From the NCBI GenBank assembly GCA_045863395.1, contig BTVJ01000052.1:1-50377 (forward strand): a DNA stretch of 50,377 nt. The letters are read 5' to 3'. Both the position numbers and the translations under genes were made by a program. This document shows positions 50,273-50,377 of this stretch, in pieces. Origin of the DNA: Myxococcales bacterium. Its GTDB lineage: Bacteria > Myxococcota_A > UBA9042 > JABWCM01 > BTVJ01. The stretch's first letter is position 1. The number at the start of each line of letters is the position of its first letter. The notes beneath the pieces are model-generated. The model did no database searches. It was not told the DNA's origin and saw only the letters and a program-made list of their open reading frames with translations.

Positions 50273-50377
50273 TCACGCCGCCTGATCGAGCGAGCGGAGC
50301 CGGAGCGCGGCGGTGATCAGCACCTCGGCGCTCGCGCCCGCACCCACGTGGGTGCGAGCGGCGGCCAGCGCCTGGCG
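50273..50377 (-). CDS. 3' end of a gene entering from the right; RuvA-C-terminal-like tail, possibly of an HNH/DUF222-type protein
   Basis: Translation RQALAAARTHVGAGASAEVLITAALRLRSLDQAA followed by a stop. Confidence 0.45.
   Translation of the reverse strand, partial: RQALAAARTHVGAGASAEVLITAALRLRSLDQAA

Overview
High-GC window, probably from a Myxococcota-like deltaproteobacterium (inferred from a MYXO-CTERM protein, Cys-rich surface proteins and D-A-G linkers). About 35 CDS can be supported. I saw no rRNA, tRNA, CRISPR array or clear transposase. The main finding is a candidate inositol-lipid synthesis and export island at 16040-25948. A tightly coupled minus-strand operon encodes an Aur1/IPC-synthase-like inositol phosphotransferase, a PIP-synthase-like CDP-alcohol phosphatidyltransferase fused to a GtrA domain, an MMPL/RND transporter fused to a PgpA-type lipid phosphatase, an MlaC/Ttg2D-like lipid shuttle and a TolC channel, with no periplasmic adaptor gene. 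Divergent from it are an Omp85 barrel coupled to a PI-PLC-like lipoprotein and a DedA/VTT protein. The window also holds an actinobacterial-type aromatic-carotenoid module (crtT/crtU/crtV-like), a secreted protein with spondin-type TSP1 repeats, a Cys-rich multicopper oxidase, a class I lysyl-tRNA synthetase, an M16 peptidase pair, an atypical S8 peptidase, cardiolipin synthase, 5-oxoprolinase and a SMUG1-type glycosylase. All family calls come from motifs recognised by eye; no database searches were run.
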